Source of the DNA: an uncultured Candidatus Bathyarchaeia archaeon
GTDB lineage: Archaea; Thermoproteota; Bathyarchaeia; Bathyarchaeales; DTEX01
Assembly: GCA_964465575.1 (NCBI GenBank)
Contig: CAYXIF010000006.1
Location: 14,445 to 78,444 of the forward strand
DNA length: 64,000 nucleotides
Direction: 5' to 3'
Shown here one piece after another: positions 35,959 through 44,723 of this stretch. The position numbers were made by a program, and so were the translations under genes. The stretch's first letter is position 1. Each line of letters begins with the position of its first letter. The notes under the pieces were generated by a model. It did not search any database and was not told the DNA's origin. It saw nothing but the letters and a program-made list of their open reading frames with translations.

Positions 35959-35992
35959 CTCCCTTTTAAAGGGAGCGACCCCCATTTTTTAT
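35959..35992 (+). terminator. Putative terminator: palindrome CTCCCTTTTAAAGGGAG followed by a TTTTTTATT run
   Basis: Located 13 nt after the MCO stop. Oligo-T tracts are the usual archaeal termination signal. Confidence 0.4.
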
Positions 35993-36201
35993 TACACCTA
36001 AGACAGAATATTGATGCTGACTCTTCAATAGGGCATAGACCAACAAAATGCTTGTTTCATCGCTAATTCTTTAAGGAAGTTAAAGTTTTAGGAGTTTTGA
36101 ATTCGACGCCAAGTTGGTAATTGTTTGAGCACTTAGGGCACTTGGAAGGAAACCCCTTTGGATCACTCAAAGATACTGGTGATATGCTGTTTGTGATTTT
36201 T

Positions 36202-36237
36202 GTCGCTGTAGTTGTACAGTCACAAAGCTTTATTAAA
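36202..36237 (+). promoter_or_regulatory. Second copy of operator/TATA module (GTCGCTGT-N6-ACAGTCAC AAAG CTTTATTAAA)
   Basis: Shares ACAGTCACAAAG plus a T/A-rich box with 32401-32422. The left half-site differs at 2 of 8 positions. Lies upstream of the MCO relic and the 443-aa gene. Confidence 0.45.
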
Positions 36238-36286
36238 TTCAGGGGTCTTGGGTTACTATTGCCCCTGTTGTGAGGGGAGGAAATGA

Positions 36287-36433
36287 AAAAAGGGCGACTT
36301 TCCTGGGATTGGATTACTGTTGTCAGCCCAAGACGTTACTGACATGATAATGTTTCACTGTCACATAGTTGCACATGAGGATCTAGGTGTAATGGGTACG
36401 GGGCATATGGTGCTGGCACCCACGTCAACGTAG
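36287..36433 (+). pseudogene. Relic C-terminus of a second multicopper oxidase
   Basis: Frame opening after a TGA at 36284 reads ...DVTDMIMFHCHIVAHEDLGVMGTGHMVLAPTST*, i.e. the HCHxxxH...M type-1/type-3 copper motif, with no upstream MCO body. The adjacent frame (about 36230-36340) reads GSWVTIAPV..., possibly a frameshifted continuation. Confidence 0.6.
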
Positions 36434-36449
36434 CAACGGGAGCGCGAAG

Positions 36450-37781
36450 ATGGAAAGAAAACTTCTGTCAGAGCCTGGGCCCCTTCTTGTAGCGGCTGCA
36501 TTGCTTGTTCTTGTGATAGTCGGAGACTTGGCTCCAAGGGTCGCATTCGCTGCAGCCCCATTTACTGTTGCATTCGATTTTGATACAGGTTTGCCCACTC
36601 TATCCGAAGGCCAGAATATACCTTTCAATCAGACCTCAGGCGAGATCACCGCACTTTTTAGCTCGCCTTACGGCCCAGCTGCTTTTTCGGTCCAGAGTTA
36701 TAGTACTACATTCTTTAAGCTTTCGCAGTTTTCAGGCAAGTATTTGTATGATAACAAACCTCTCAGAGATCCCATGGATATTGAGTTTAGCCAGTCCCTA
36801 ACCAGTATCAGCTTGGCTTTTGCGACTATTGAGTACCATGGGGGTCCTGGCATAGAACCCACCAATATCACATTAACTGCTTACTTGGGTTCGATTGGAA
36901 CTACGCCTATCGGATCGGCTATTGCGCGGGGGACCTGGCCAAGCGGCGACTCGTATCCCCAAGGTACGCTACGATTTGATTCACATGGCCAGCCGTTCAA
37001 TTTGGTAAGGATCGAAATGCCATATCAAGGCCCTAAGGCAGCAGTAGATTTCTTAGTGGACAATGTCATAGTCACCACGGCAGGCCCGATAGAAGACACC
37101 ACGGCTCCTGTGACCATCATTACCCTAAGCGGAGTCGTCGGAGACCAAGGCTGGCACACATCGGATGCGACGGTGACCCTGTCAGCAGCTGACGACTTGT
37201 CTGGCGTTGCCAAGACAGAATACAGTTTTGATAATGTCAGTTGGGCAACCTACGCAACTTCTTTCAATGTCACGAATGAGGGAACCACGATTGTTTACTA
37301 TAGGTCAACTGACACGGCTGGTAATGATGAAGCGGTCAAAACGCGAACGATACAAGTTGATAAGACAGTTCCTACAGGTTCAATAGTGATAAACGGCGAT
37401 AACGCTTCAACAATCTCAGCTTCGGTCACGTTGACTCTCACCTTTAATGATGCATTGTCAGGCGTTTCCCAAGTTAGATACTCCAACGATGGTGTTTTTG
37501 ACACTGAGCTGTGGGAGACTCCATCATTAGCCAAAACGTGGACTCTTACAGCTGGAAATGGCAAAAAAACGGTCTACTTCCAAATCAAAGACAACGCAGG
37601 TCTCATCTCACCAACATATCAAGACAGCATCACATTAGAAACAACCTCGCTCATAGTGGACGGGTCTCCGTCCGGTCAGGCATTTCCATTATGGACAACA
37701 TTGACTATCATGACCATAGCGATTGGAGTGACCGTAATATTGTTCCTAAGAAAACGAAAATATCCACAGTTTCCAAGCTAA
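36450..37781 (+). CDS. Cell-surface protein with signal peptide, Ig-like repeats and C-terminal TM anchor
   Basis: 443 aa. N-terminal hydrophobic signal, DTTAPVT...GWHTSDATVTLSAADDLSGVAKTEYS...YYRSTDTAGNDE Ig-like modules, and a C-terminal TM followed by RKRK. Confidence 0.6.
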   Translation: MERKLLSEPGPLLVAAALLVLVIVGDLAPRVAFAAAPFTVAFDFDTGLPTLSEGQNIPFNQTSGEITALFSSPYGPAAFSVQSYSTTFFKLSQFSGKYLYDNKPLRDPMDIEFSQSLTSISLAFATIEYHGGPGIEPTNITLTAYLGSIGTTPIGSAIARGTWPSGDSYPQGTLRFDSHGQPFNLVRIEMPYQGPKAAVDFLVDNVIVTTAGPIEDTTAPVTIITLSGVVGDQGWHTSDATVTLSAADDLSGVAKTEYSFDNVSWATYATSFNVTNEGTTIVYYRSTDTAGNDEAVKTRTIQVDKTVPTGSIVINGDNASTISASVTLTLTFNDALSGVSQVRYSNDGVFDTELWETPSLAKTWTLTAGNGKKTVYFQIKDNAGLISPTYQDSITLETTSLIVDGSPSGQAFPLWTTLTIMTIAIGVTVILFLRKRKYPQFPS

Positions 37782-37837
37782 AGCTCGAAAAACTGTGAAC
37801 CTATATCGGGGCATCAAGTCTGAGGTTCGAATCTGGG

Positions 37838-39730
37838 CTATTTAAAAATCTCGTGCAAGATTCGTCCTTCTGCGTTTCTTGGTCCCGGGATGTTCATGGC
37901 GCTGGCGATTGTTGGGGCGATGTCGACAAGATGGATCGGCCTTTTCAGTCTTTCTCCTTTCTTTACGCCTGGACCTTTGAATATTGCTGCGGCTCGCATT
38001 GATCCGTGCTTTCCTCGGCTAGTGTTGAAGTTGCCGTGGTGTCCTCCGTGGTACCAAGCCTTTGCAAAGTAGACGATGTCGCCGACCCTGTCACCCCAGA
38101 AACCGAATATCTCAGCGTCCTCTTTTTTCATCACAACGTGCGTGAACCTGTCAGACGGGTTTAGGGGGGAGTTTGCTGTTTCTAATAGCCTGATCACTTC
38201 GTTTCTTAGATCTTCGTATTCGCTTGGATCAACGATGCCATTCGGCTGCCTTCCCTTAAGGTTTATCCAGACAAAGTTGCCAGATTCATAGGCTTTCGTT
38301 CTGCTCCAATCTACGACTGTTATTCTTCTCTTTCCATCTGCCGCGGACTCATCGTATTCGTCGCCTAGCTCAATCTCCTTATAGTAGAGAAGCCCGTTTG
38401 CTGCTAGGAGGCGATTCACGTTCACGCTGCCCGCTGTGTTGTGCTCAATATAGCCATGGTCGGAAACCACCACTACAAAAGTCTCATCATCTGTCTGCTT
38501 CAGTATCTCACCTACATACTCGTCAGAAAGTACGTAGGCTTCACGGATCATCGTGTCTGCAACCTTGCTGAGAGGATCCTCCGGGCGGATAAACCCGTAA
38601 TACGCATGGTCAATAAGATCTATTGCGTGAAACTGCGTAGCTAGGAAGTCCCACTCGTATCCAGTCATGAGATAGTTTGCTGCTTTCCCGAGCCAGTCTT
38701 TCTGGCAGCGAAAGTCATCGATCAGATATTCCATTTCTTCCCTGTTCCCGCGTCCCGGGCCACCTAACCAGTGGCCCACGACCCATGTGGTTCCTGCAAT
38801 GCAGTGGTATGGACCGATCTCCTCCGTTAACTCCTTCGCCAATGAGATTGGGAAAGTCCACCCTGAGGTTGGCCAGATTTGACTTCTGTATAGCCTAAAT
38901 CTGGTCGCGTCCGGCGAAAGCGCGTAGAGCTTGAATCTAAATACTCCTTCTTTCTCTCCGCTTGATGTCCGGAACACTTCAGCTATCCAAGGACTGAACT
39001 GGCCGACAGAGAGTTCTGCCCAACTCTCCTTCGGGTTTTTCTGGGGCGATATGATAACGGTGTCGTAACCCTTCTGATGCCTGTCAACTAGCAAGGCAAA
39101 CACTGTCTTCGACGAACCTGTCAAGGGCCTCAAGACAAGCTCCGTCTCAAGCGGCTTTGAGAAGCTCTTGGGCAATTCGCGCCAACCGCTTGCAGGGCTG
39201 AGCTTCACTTGAAAAGACATGAAACACGATCTTCCGAGGGCTCTGGTTGCCCCGAAGATGTATGGTACCTCATTCTTCTGCTCTGTGTACACGGTCTTCG
39301 GCGAGATATAATGTATGGAAGTATCGGGATCTCCATAACCTTCAACTTGAACACTTTTCTTTATGGTTGGGGGCCAAGATGTTGTGTACTTCAGAAGTAT
39401 CACTCTTCCGCCTGCCCCTTCAACTGCATCCCAAATGTGCTCTGCCAAGCAGTGTTTTGAGGAGAATCCGCTCTCGTACTTATCCAATTGGCCCATTGGG
39501 TTTACCATTGCCATAGAGACGACGCCATGGGTACCAGGATAGGCCCCTGTGGATATAGTGTTCCAGTTCACAGATGTGGCTGGCGGCAGGGCGCAGAAGG
39601 CTTCTGTCGTAGTTCCTTCTTCCATTAGGCTGGTAATATACGGCAGGAAGCCTTCCTTGGAATATCTGTCCATTAATCCAAGCGTAGCTGCATCAAGGCC
39701 GATCAAGACTGCTTTCTTCATGATCCTCAT
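37838..39730 (-). CDS. Alkaline-phosphatase superfamily protein (type I phosphodiesterase/nucleotide pyrophosphatase-like)
   Basis: 630 aa. MKKAVLIGLDAATLGLMDRY N-terminus, metal-site-like VVVSDHGY and GGHHG. Start is ATG 39730 or 39721. Confidence 0.75.
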   Translation of the reverse strand: MRIMKKAVLIGLDAATLGLMDRYSKEGFLPYITSLMEEGTTTEAFCALPPATSVNWNTISTGAYPGTHGVVSMAMVNPMGQLDKYESGFSSKHCLAEHIWDAVEGAGGRVILLKYTTSWPPTIKKSVQVEGYGDPDTSIHYISPKTVYTEQKNEVPYIFGATRALGRSCFMSFQVKLSPASGWRELPKSFSKPLETELVLRPLTGSSKTVFALLVDRHQKGYDTVIISPQKNPKESWAELSVGQFSPWIAEVFRTSSGEKEGVFRFKLYALSPDATRFRLYRSQIWPTSGWTFPISLAKELTEEIGPYHCIAGTTWVVGHWLGGPGRGNREEMEYLIDDFRCQKDWLGKAANYLMTGYEWDFLATQFHAIDLIDHAYYGFIRPEDPLSKVADTMIREAYVLSDEYVGEILKQTDDETFVVVVSDHGYIEHNTAGSVNVNRLLAANGLLYYKEIELGDEYDESAADGKRRITVVDWSRTKAYESGNFVWINLKGRQPNGIVDPSEYEDLRNEVIRLLETANSPLNPSDRFTHVVMKKEDAEIFGFWGDRVGDIVYFAKAWYHGGHHGNFNTSRGKHGSMRAAAIFKGPGVKKGERLKRPIHLVDIAPTIASAMNIPGPRNAEGRILHEIFK

Positions 39731-39744
39731 CCCAGATTGCGTCC

Positions 39745-39810
39745 ATACCCGCTTTCATTGAACTTCCACCAAGATGCCCGCTACTGATTTTCAGCATTCT
39801 TATAAGGTTT
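39745..39810 (-). promoter_or_regulatory. Promoter/leader module copy A (BRE/TATA AAACCTTATAAGAA + conserved leader + ATGAAAGCGGGTAT)
   Basis: 66-nt ungapped match (58/66) to 60541-60606. On the minus strand the TATA lies about 40 nt before ATG 39758. Confidence 0.55.
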
Positions 39811-40465
39811 GTGTTGGTGTCAAGTCGATGTTTTCTAGAAGCGGAACATAGGCCTTCTAGGAACGGAGAAACCTTGTTTCTGACCTACAAACTCCATCGG
39901 CCGTACATCCTTGTCGACGGGCACTTGACAACTAGGATGTGGATAGAGTAGTCAACATTCATTTGTGACAATGGCCAATTCATGCCAAACGCTTTTGCTT
40001 CAGCTACACCCTGAAGTGACCACATACCTCTTCCCCAAATACTCGCGTGCGTAGCTTTCCGGCAATTTGACTTAAGAGATCGCGAAAGGCCCGATATGTC
40101 TTGCGTTCGTCACGCATCAGGACCACTATCTTACGTCACTAACGCCGTAATGGGTCTCAACCGTGATATCGCTTGGCTCAGAGTGGGTAGCTCGGCAGAT
40201 TCTGTTGGACAAAACCTGTTGGCATTTCCTACACGCCCAAGCTTGTGGAATTGAAAATGGGTAGAGCAGCGACCGATCCTAAGGACAACCACAAGGAGCC
40301 AAGCGGAGAAAGCAGTCCCGAACGCATGGTCTCGTCAAAGACAATACATCAGGAAAAGCAGAAGACACAACTCAGAAGGCTTGCCCTACCTGTGGTCACT
40401 GGTGGGTATGGATTCCTCAGCAGGTGGAGAAGGGCGAGACCCTGTGCCCAGTCTGCTGTTGGGGC

Positions 40466-41143
40466 CTATTCTATGTACCCAAGAGCGCGTAACCGAGATT
40501 TCACTAGTTCCCGGTCTTCTTGGGTGAATCCTGGTTCGGCGCGGCTGATTTCCACTCTCAATAGGAACTCGTTGAGTTTCCGTCGCCATTCACGCACAAA
40601 GTCTGGCATGAGAATCGTAGCTTGTTGGATTACGTTGTCCTTTTCTTGGGGGTCATTGGTCAAGTTATAGAACTCCTCGAAGCCTTTGGACAGGCTGAAT
40701 TCTTCGGTCTGGTAGTAGATGTTGAGGTGTATCTTGGCATCGTAGTCTTCGTAGATCTTCCTCCAAAAGGCCATGTATCCGTTGTCGAAAAGAGAAGAAT
40801 AGCGGGGGGCGTTTTCCGACAAATCCTTGAGGAAGAAAATGTTGTCGTCAACTGAGAATCGGTACATTTTGTCGGAACCTTTAACCCAGAATACTCTCGC
40901 CGAATCTGATGATTCTGAGCTTGCAGTCTTGGCAAGCGCTTGGATTGTGGTCTCCCTATCCTCAAGGAGCACCTTGCAGCTAAACCTGTCCTTCGACGTT
41001 TCAGCTGGTTTTCCGTTGACCGTGACTCGAGCTCCTTTCGGACAAGTGCCCTCAACCACGATTTCTATTCCGTTCTTCACTGGCTTGCCGTGAGAGCTGT
41101 TCAGAATGGTTCCATTGATCGGATCGGTTATCTTAATACCCAT
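40466..41143 (-). CDS. Hypothetical protein, possibly chimeric (Ig-like N-terminus, partial unknown domain, sulfatase/AlkP-type C-terminal tail)
   Basis: 225 aa. The C-terminal FYNLTNDPQEKDNV...LRALGYIE is the typical end of sulfatase-family enzymes but lacks the catalytic body. Confidence 0.4.
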   Translation of the reverse strand: MGIKITDPINGTILNSSHGKPVKNGIEIVVEGTCPKGARVTVNGKPAETSKDRFSCKVLLEDRETTIQALAKTASSESSDSARVFWVKGSDKMYRFSVDDNIFFLKDLSENAPRYSSLFDNGYMAFWRKIYEDYDAKIHLNIYYQTEEFSLSKGFEEFYNLTNDPQEKDNVIQQATILMPDFVREWRRKLNEFLLRVEISRAEPGFTQEDRELVKSRLRALGYIE

Positions 41144-41364
41144 GATTCAAAGTATTAGGTAGCCTTTGGCTCTTAAGAATTTCCGCAGAAGTACTGAAAC
41201 TATTGGTGACGTTTATTTTGCCACAAACTGCTGGGCAAGACAGTCGTAACATAGGTTCACAAGAAGTACCATAAGACTTCGTCCTGTACGTGACTGTGGA
41301 GGTCCGCCTAGCCTGGGACAGGCAGGAACGTACTGACGTGCTGGGTGCCGACTAATCTTTCACG

Positions 41365-43242
41365 CTATGAAGGCGCCTTATACACATAGGCCAGCACAGA
41401 CTGACCGGACCGCGCCACGTACACGAGGTCCCAGTTGTCCTTAACCTGTGACGGAATGCCCCACCTTTGTGTGTGGATGCTCGGGAGGACGGCGTACTTT
41501 GCGTCTCCTAGTCCATCTAGGGCTATGAGATTGAACCCGGACTCGTTCTTTCTGAGCAGTTCTATCCTTAGAAGCCCTACATTGTAGGCAACCGCAACTT
41601 TGGCGTCTTTCGCTACATGGCTAATCAAGTAGTCGGCTACATCTTCAAAGCCAGTGTCAATCATGAGTACAGCTTTGTCGGCTTGGACAATCAGTTCGCT
41701 GGCGTACCCACACGGTGAAATGTTGTGCATCACTAGCCCCGCTAAGGATTCAACGACCACTAGGGCAACTAGCGCGTAAAGCACTGCTTGCGCTTTGTTG
41801 AGCTTATCGTTGGAGTTTTTGGTCTTCTCCAACAGGTCGACTATGAGCAACGAAGCAGACAGTAGCATCGCTGGACCCAGAAAGACCAAGTAGTGATCTC
41901 CGATGATCATGCGGAAAGCCGACATTGTCAGGACGCCGCCGACAAGCCATGAAAACACATTCAAGTGACCGCGCTGAACAGGTTTTCTTCTGGCAAGTTT
42001 GACAAGCACATCCAGCACGAAAAGAACGGACAAGAAGAATATGAGGAGAGGAGTCTTTACGAAGAGCACGTAAATCGGCACCCAAGGGGGAACGTGGGTG
42101 TAGACCTGCCCCGCGTAGAATGTTGTATGACCGCCGGTTACGTGACCCAAGTGATAACCGAGAACCCACGCAGCCCTTGTCAAGGTGTCTTTCCACAGCC
42201 AAGGCCAGGTCGCAAAGAAGACGAAACCAGCGATTACGGGTGCCAACAAGGTCTGTTTCAGAGCTTGCCTTGGTTCTCGAGAGCTCTTCTCGCTTTGCGT
42301 TCCTCGGGAAAACATCTGAGTTGTTAGAAGGTAAAGGACTATGCCCGGGATTGCTGCCACAGCTGTTCCCTTCGACCCGATCGCCAGTCCCAGGAATGTG
42401 CCGACAAGCACGTAGTATCTGTTGTGTGCTTCAGCGTTTGACAGGAAGATGTAAGTTAGGGTGACAAGCAGGGCGGCGAATATGTCTAGGATCGCGAGTG
42501 TCGAGTAGTAGACCAGCCAGGGAGAAAGTGCTGCAATCAGAGCCGCGAGGAAGGAAGGTTTCTCGCCATAGTGCTTCCGCCCAAATACATAGATGGCGAC
42601 GCACAGCAGAGTGCCAGCGGTTGCCGGCGCTATGCGGGCAGCAAAGTAAACGTTATGCGTGTTTTCTTTGCCTAGGAGAGGGATGAAAAGGTTTGAACTG
42701 AGCCCTATCCAAAGCTTGGCTATTGGTGGGTGTTCAGCGTTTTGCTTCCACACCTCTGTTCTGAAGTCTAGCGTCAGGAAGCTTTGGACGTAGCTTCGTC
42801 CAGTGCTAACATATAAGGGTTCATCTGTCATTATGCTTGTTTCATTGATCAGAAAGAGTCGAGGCAAGGCTGCCAGTAGGAGTATGAAGACAAGTTTGGG
42901 GAGTACGGTCTTGATGTCCTCAAGGGCGAATAGGCTGCGAGAAGACCGTGAACCCGATGTTCCCAACGTTTTCCAGAACCCGACCGGATAATACTCATGT
43001 CGTTTCAAACCTTGTCTCCTCCACGTAGATGAATGTGAGCCTCTGGGTAGTTCTATGAGTTTCAGTCTTGACAATTCCGAAGATCTAACAAAGTCGGTGG
43101 AAGACCATTCTGCCAGACATGACTTACATTGAACGTGACCCTTAAGAACGCTTGTAACCTCGTAACCCAAACTGGAACCGCAGATCGGGCACCTAGGAAA
43201 CCTCTTCCTCATCAGATCTCTGATCTGTCCCTCGGTTACCAT
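41365..43242 (-). CDS. GT-C glycosyltransferase, family 39 (PMT/ArnT-like) with N-terminal zinc ribbon
   Basis: 625 aa. CPICG...CKSC ribbon, first-loop DEP motif (SIMTDEPLYV), EHPPIAKLW, and more than 10 TM segments. Confidence 0.78.
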   Translation of the reverse strand: MVTEGQIRDLMRKRFPRCPICGSSLGYEVTSVLKGHVQCKSCLAEWSSTDFVRSSELSRLKLIELPRGSHSSTWRRQGLKRHEYYPVGFWKTLGTSGSRSSRSLFALEDIKTVLPKLVFILLLAALPRLFLINETSIMTDEPLYVSTGRSYVQSFLTLDFRTEVWKQNAEHPPIAKLWIGLSSNLFIPLLGKENTHNVYFAARIAPATAGTLLCVAIYVFGRKHYGEKPSFLAALIAALSPWLVYYSTLAILDIFAALLVTLTYIFLSNAEAHNRYYVLVGTFLGLAIGSKGTAVAAIPGIVLYLLTTQMFSRGTQSEKSSREPRQALKQTLLAPVIAGFVFFATWPWLWKDTLTRAAWVLGYHLGHVTGGHTTFYAGQVYTHVPPWVPIYVLFVKTPLLIFFLSVLFVLDVLVKLARRKPVQRGHLNVFSWLVGGVLTMSAFRMIIGDHYLVFLGPAMLLSASLLIVDLLEKTKNSNDKLNKAQAVLYALVALVVVESLAGLVMHNISPCGYASELIVQADKAVLMIDTGFEDVADYLISHVAKDAKVAVAYNVGLLRIELLRKNESGFNLIALDGLGDAKYAVLPSIHTQRWGIPSQVKDNWDLVYVARSGQSVLAYVYKAPS

Positions 43243-43454
43243 GTTCCTCCATGCCTTATTCCCTCCAGAGAAGATTTAACGTTTGCTTCAATCTCTCCGG
43301 CGTGTCAACATGGCTCGCGGTTCTTAGTGTCGAGGTAGCGGAATCTTGACTGATTTGCCTTGAGAACCAACTGACTGTTTGCTACGAATCCCTCCCGCAT
43401 TTTTGTTCTGCTTCACGCGCCGTTTCCAAAAGAGCGTTAAGAATATAAGGCGAA

Positions 43455-44630
43455 TTGTTTGAAAGATGGTCTGCGGGAGGCGGACTATTGACAGTCAACA
43501 GGTTTGAATGCGTTTTGTCTACATTGCTCCATGAAGATGCCCCCGTTACGCCTCAATCGATTGGCTTCACCAATGAGATGTCGAGAGCAAAGTTCACCCC
43601 GTCCATAAAGAAGGGCTTAGCTGAAGTTGAGAGAGAAGTGAGTAGAGCAACATATGAAATGACCATGGAAGGCTCTGGCGAATTGGGCAGAGCCATCAAG
43701 GTGGCTGAATTCTTGGATAACTTCTCCGTCGGCGTGGGAGGAGGAGGGTTCAAGATACAAAGGGTGGTTGAAACTGGGCCGCAGTGGAACCTCGTGGAAT
43801 GGGAGACTGGCGCCAAGTGGCGCGTAGGCACTGCGAACATAGTTTGGGCTCGGAAATACGTAGAGTTCCCCGTGGAATCCGAGGACGATTTGGATGAACT
43901 TGATCTGCCTGACCCGGACGATCCTTCTAGATATGAGGGGGTTGAGAAGTCGGTTAGGTATGCGGTTGATGAAGGGTTCTTTCCAGCAGGGGGCATAAAC
44001 GGTTTCTTCTCAGGCGTGTGGTACTTTCTTAGGGGACCTTTGGAGGTTTCTCTCAAGGACATGTATATGAGAAAGGACTTCTACAAGAAGCTGATAGCCA
44101 AGATGGCTCAGTTCAACCTTAAAGCTGAGAAGAACTTGCTTGAGAGGGGAGTCATGATTGTAGGTTGGCCTGATGACCTAGGCTATAGGGGAGGGACCTT
44201 CATGAACCCAAGACTCTACGAGGAACTCATATACCCTTGGCATGTCAAGGCTATAGACTTAGCCCACAAGTACGGAGCTTTCATCAACATGCACAGCCAC
44301 GGAAACATAAGCACTCTTGTGCCGCTGTTTGTCAAGGCTGGGTTGGACGTACTCAACCCTATAGGTCCGACAGACAATATGGATCTAGAGGCATTGAAAG
44401 AGAAGTACGGGGAAAAGATGTGCTTGCATGGAGGCCTGAGCAAGAACATCGGGTTCATGAGCAGCGAAGAGATGAGAGACCATCTGCTCGACAGGCTTCG
44501 CGTCGGCACCCCAGGGGGAGGGTTCATCCTTTCCTCAGAGGGTGACATACCTGTCGAGATGAGCGTTGAAAACTTTGAAGAGTTTCTTAAGTTGAGCAAG
44601 AAGTGCAGAAGAAATCAGCCAAAGGTATAG
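43455..44630 (+). CDS. Uroporphyrinogen decarboxylase (URO-D) family protein (MtaA/methyltransferase-like TIM barrel)
   Basis: 391 aa. GVWYFLRGPLEVSLKDMY, DDLGYRGGTFMNPRLYEELIYPW, MHSHGNISTLVPLFVKAGLDVLNPIGP and GGFILSSEGDIP. Confidence 0.7.
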   Translation: MFERWSAGGGLLTVNRFECVLSTLLHEDAPVTPQSIGFTNEMSRAKFTPSIKKGLAEVEREVSRATYEMTMEGSGELGRAIKVAEFLDNFSVGVGGGGFKIQRVVETGPQWNLVEWETGAKWRVGTANIVWARKYVEFPVESEDDLDELDLPDPDDPSRYEGVEKSVRYAVDEGFFPAGGINGFFSGVWYFLRGPLEVSLKDMYMRKDFYKKLIAKMAQFNLKAEKNLLERGVMIVGWPDDLGYRGGTFMNPRLYEELIYPWHVKAIDLAHKYGAFINMHSHGNISTLVPLFVKAGLDVLNPIGPTDNMDLEALKEKYGEKMCLHGGLSKNIGFMSSEEMRDHLLDRLRVGTPGGGFILSSEGDIPVEMSVENFEEFLKLSKKCRRNQPKV

Positions 44631-44723
44631 TGGAGTGGGGTCCACAGTCTTCAAAGGAAAAGCGCGTAGAAGGAGTATTCAGCTCGCAGTGCTGCTGACA
44701 ATATATCGGGGCAAAGGTAAGAA

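Noticed and set aside
40245-40670. 141-aa plus-strand ORF
   Set aside because: It is Arg/Ser-rich and low-complexity, overlaps the 3' end of the 40466-41143 ORF on the other strand, and has no motif.
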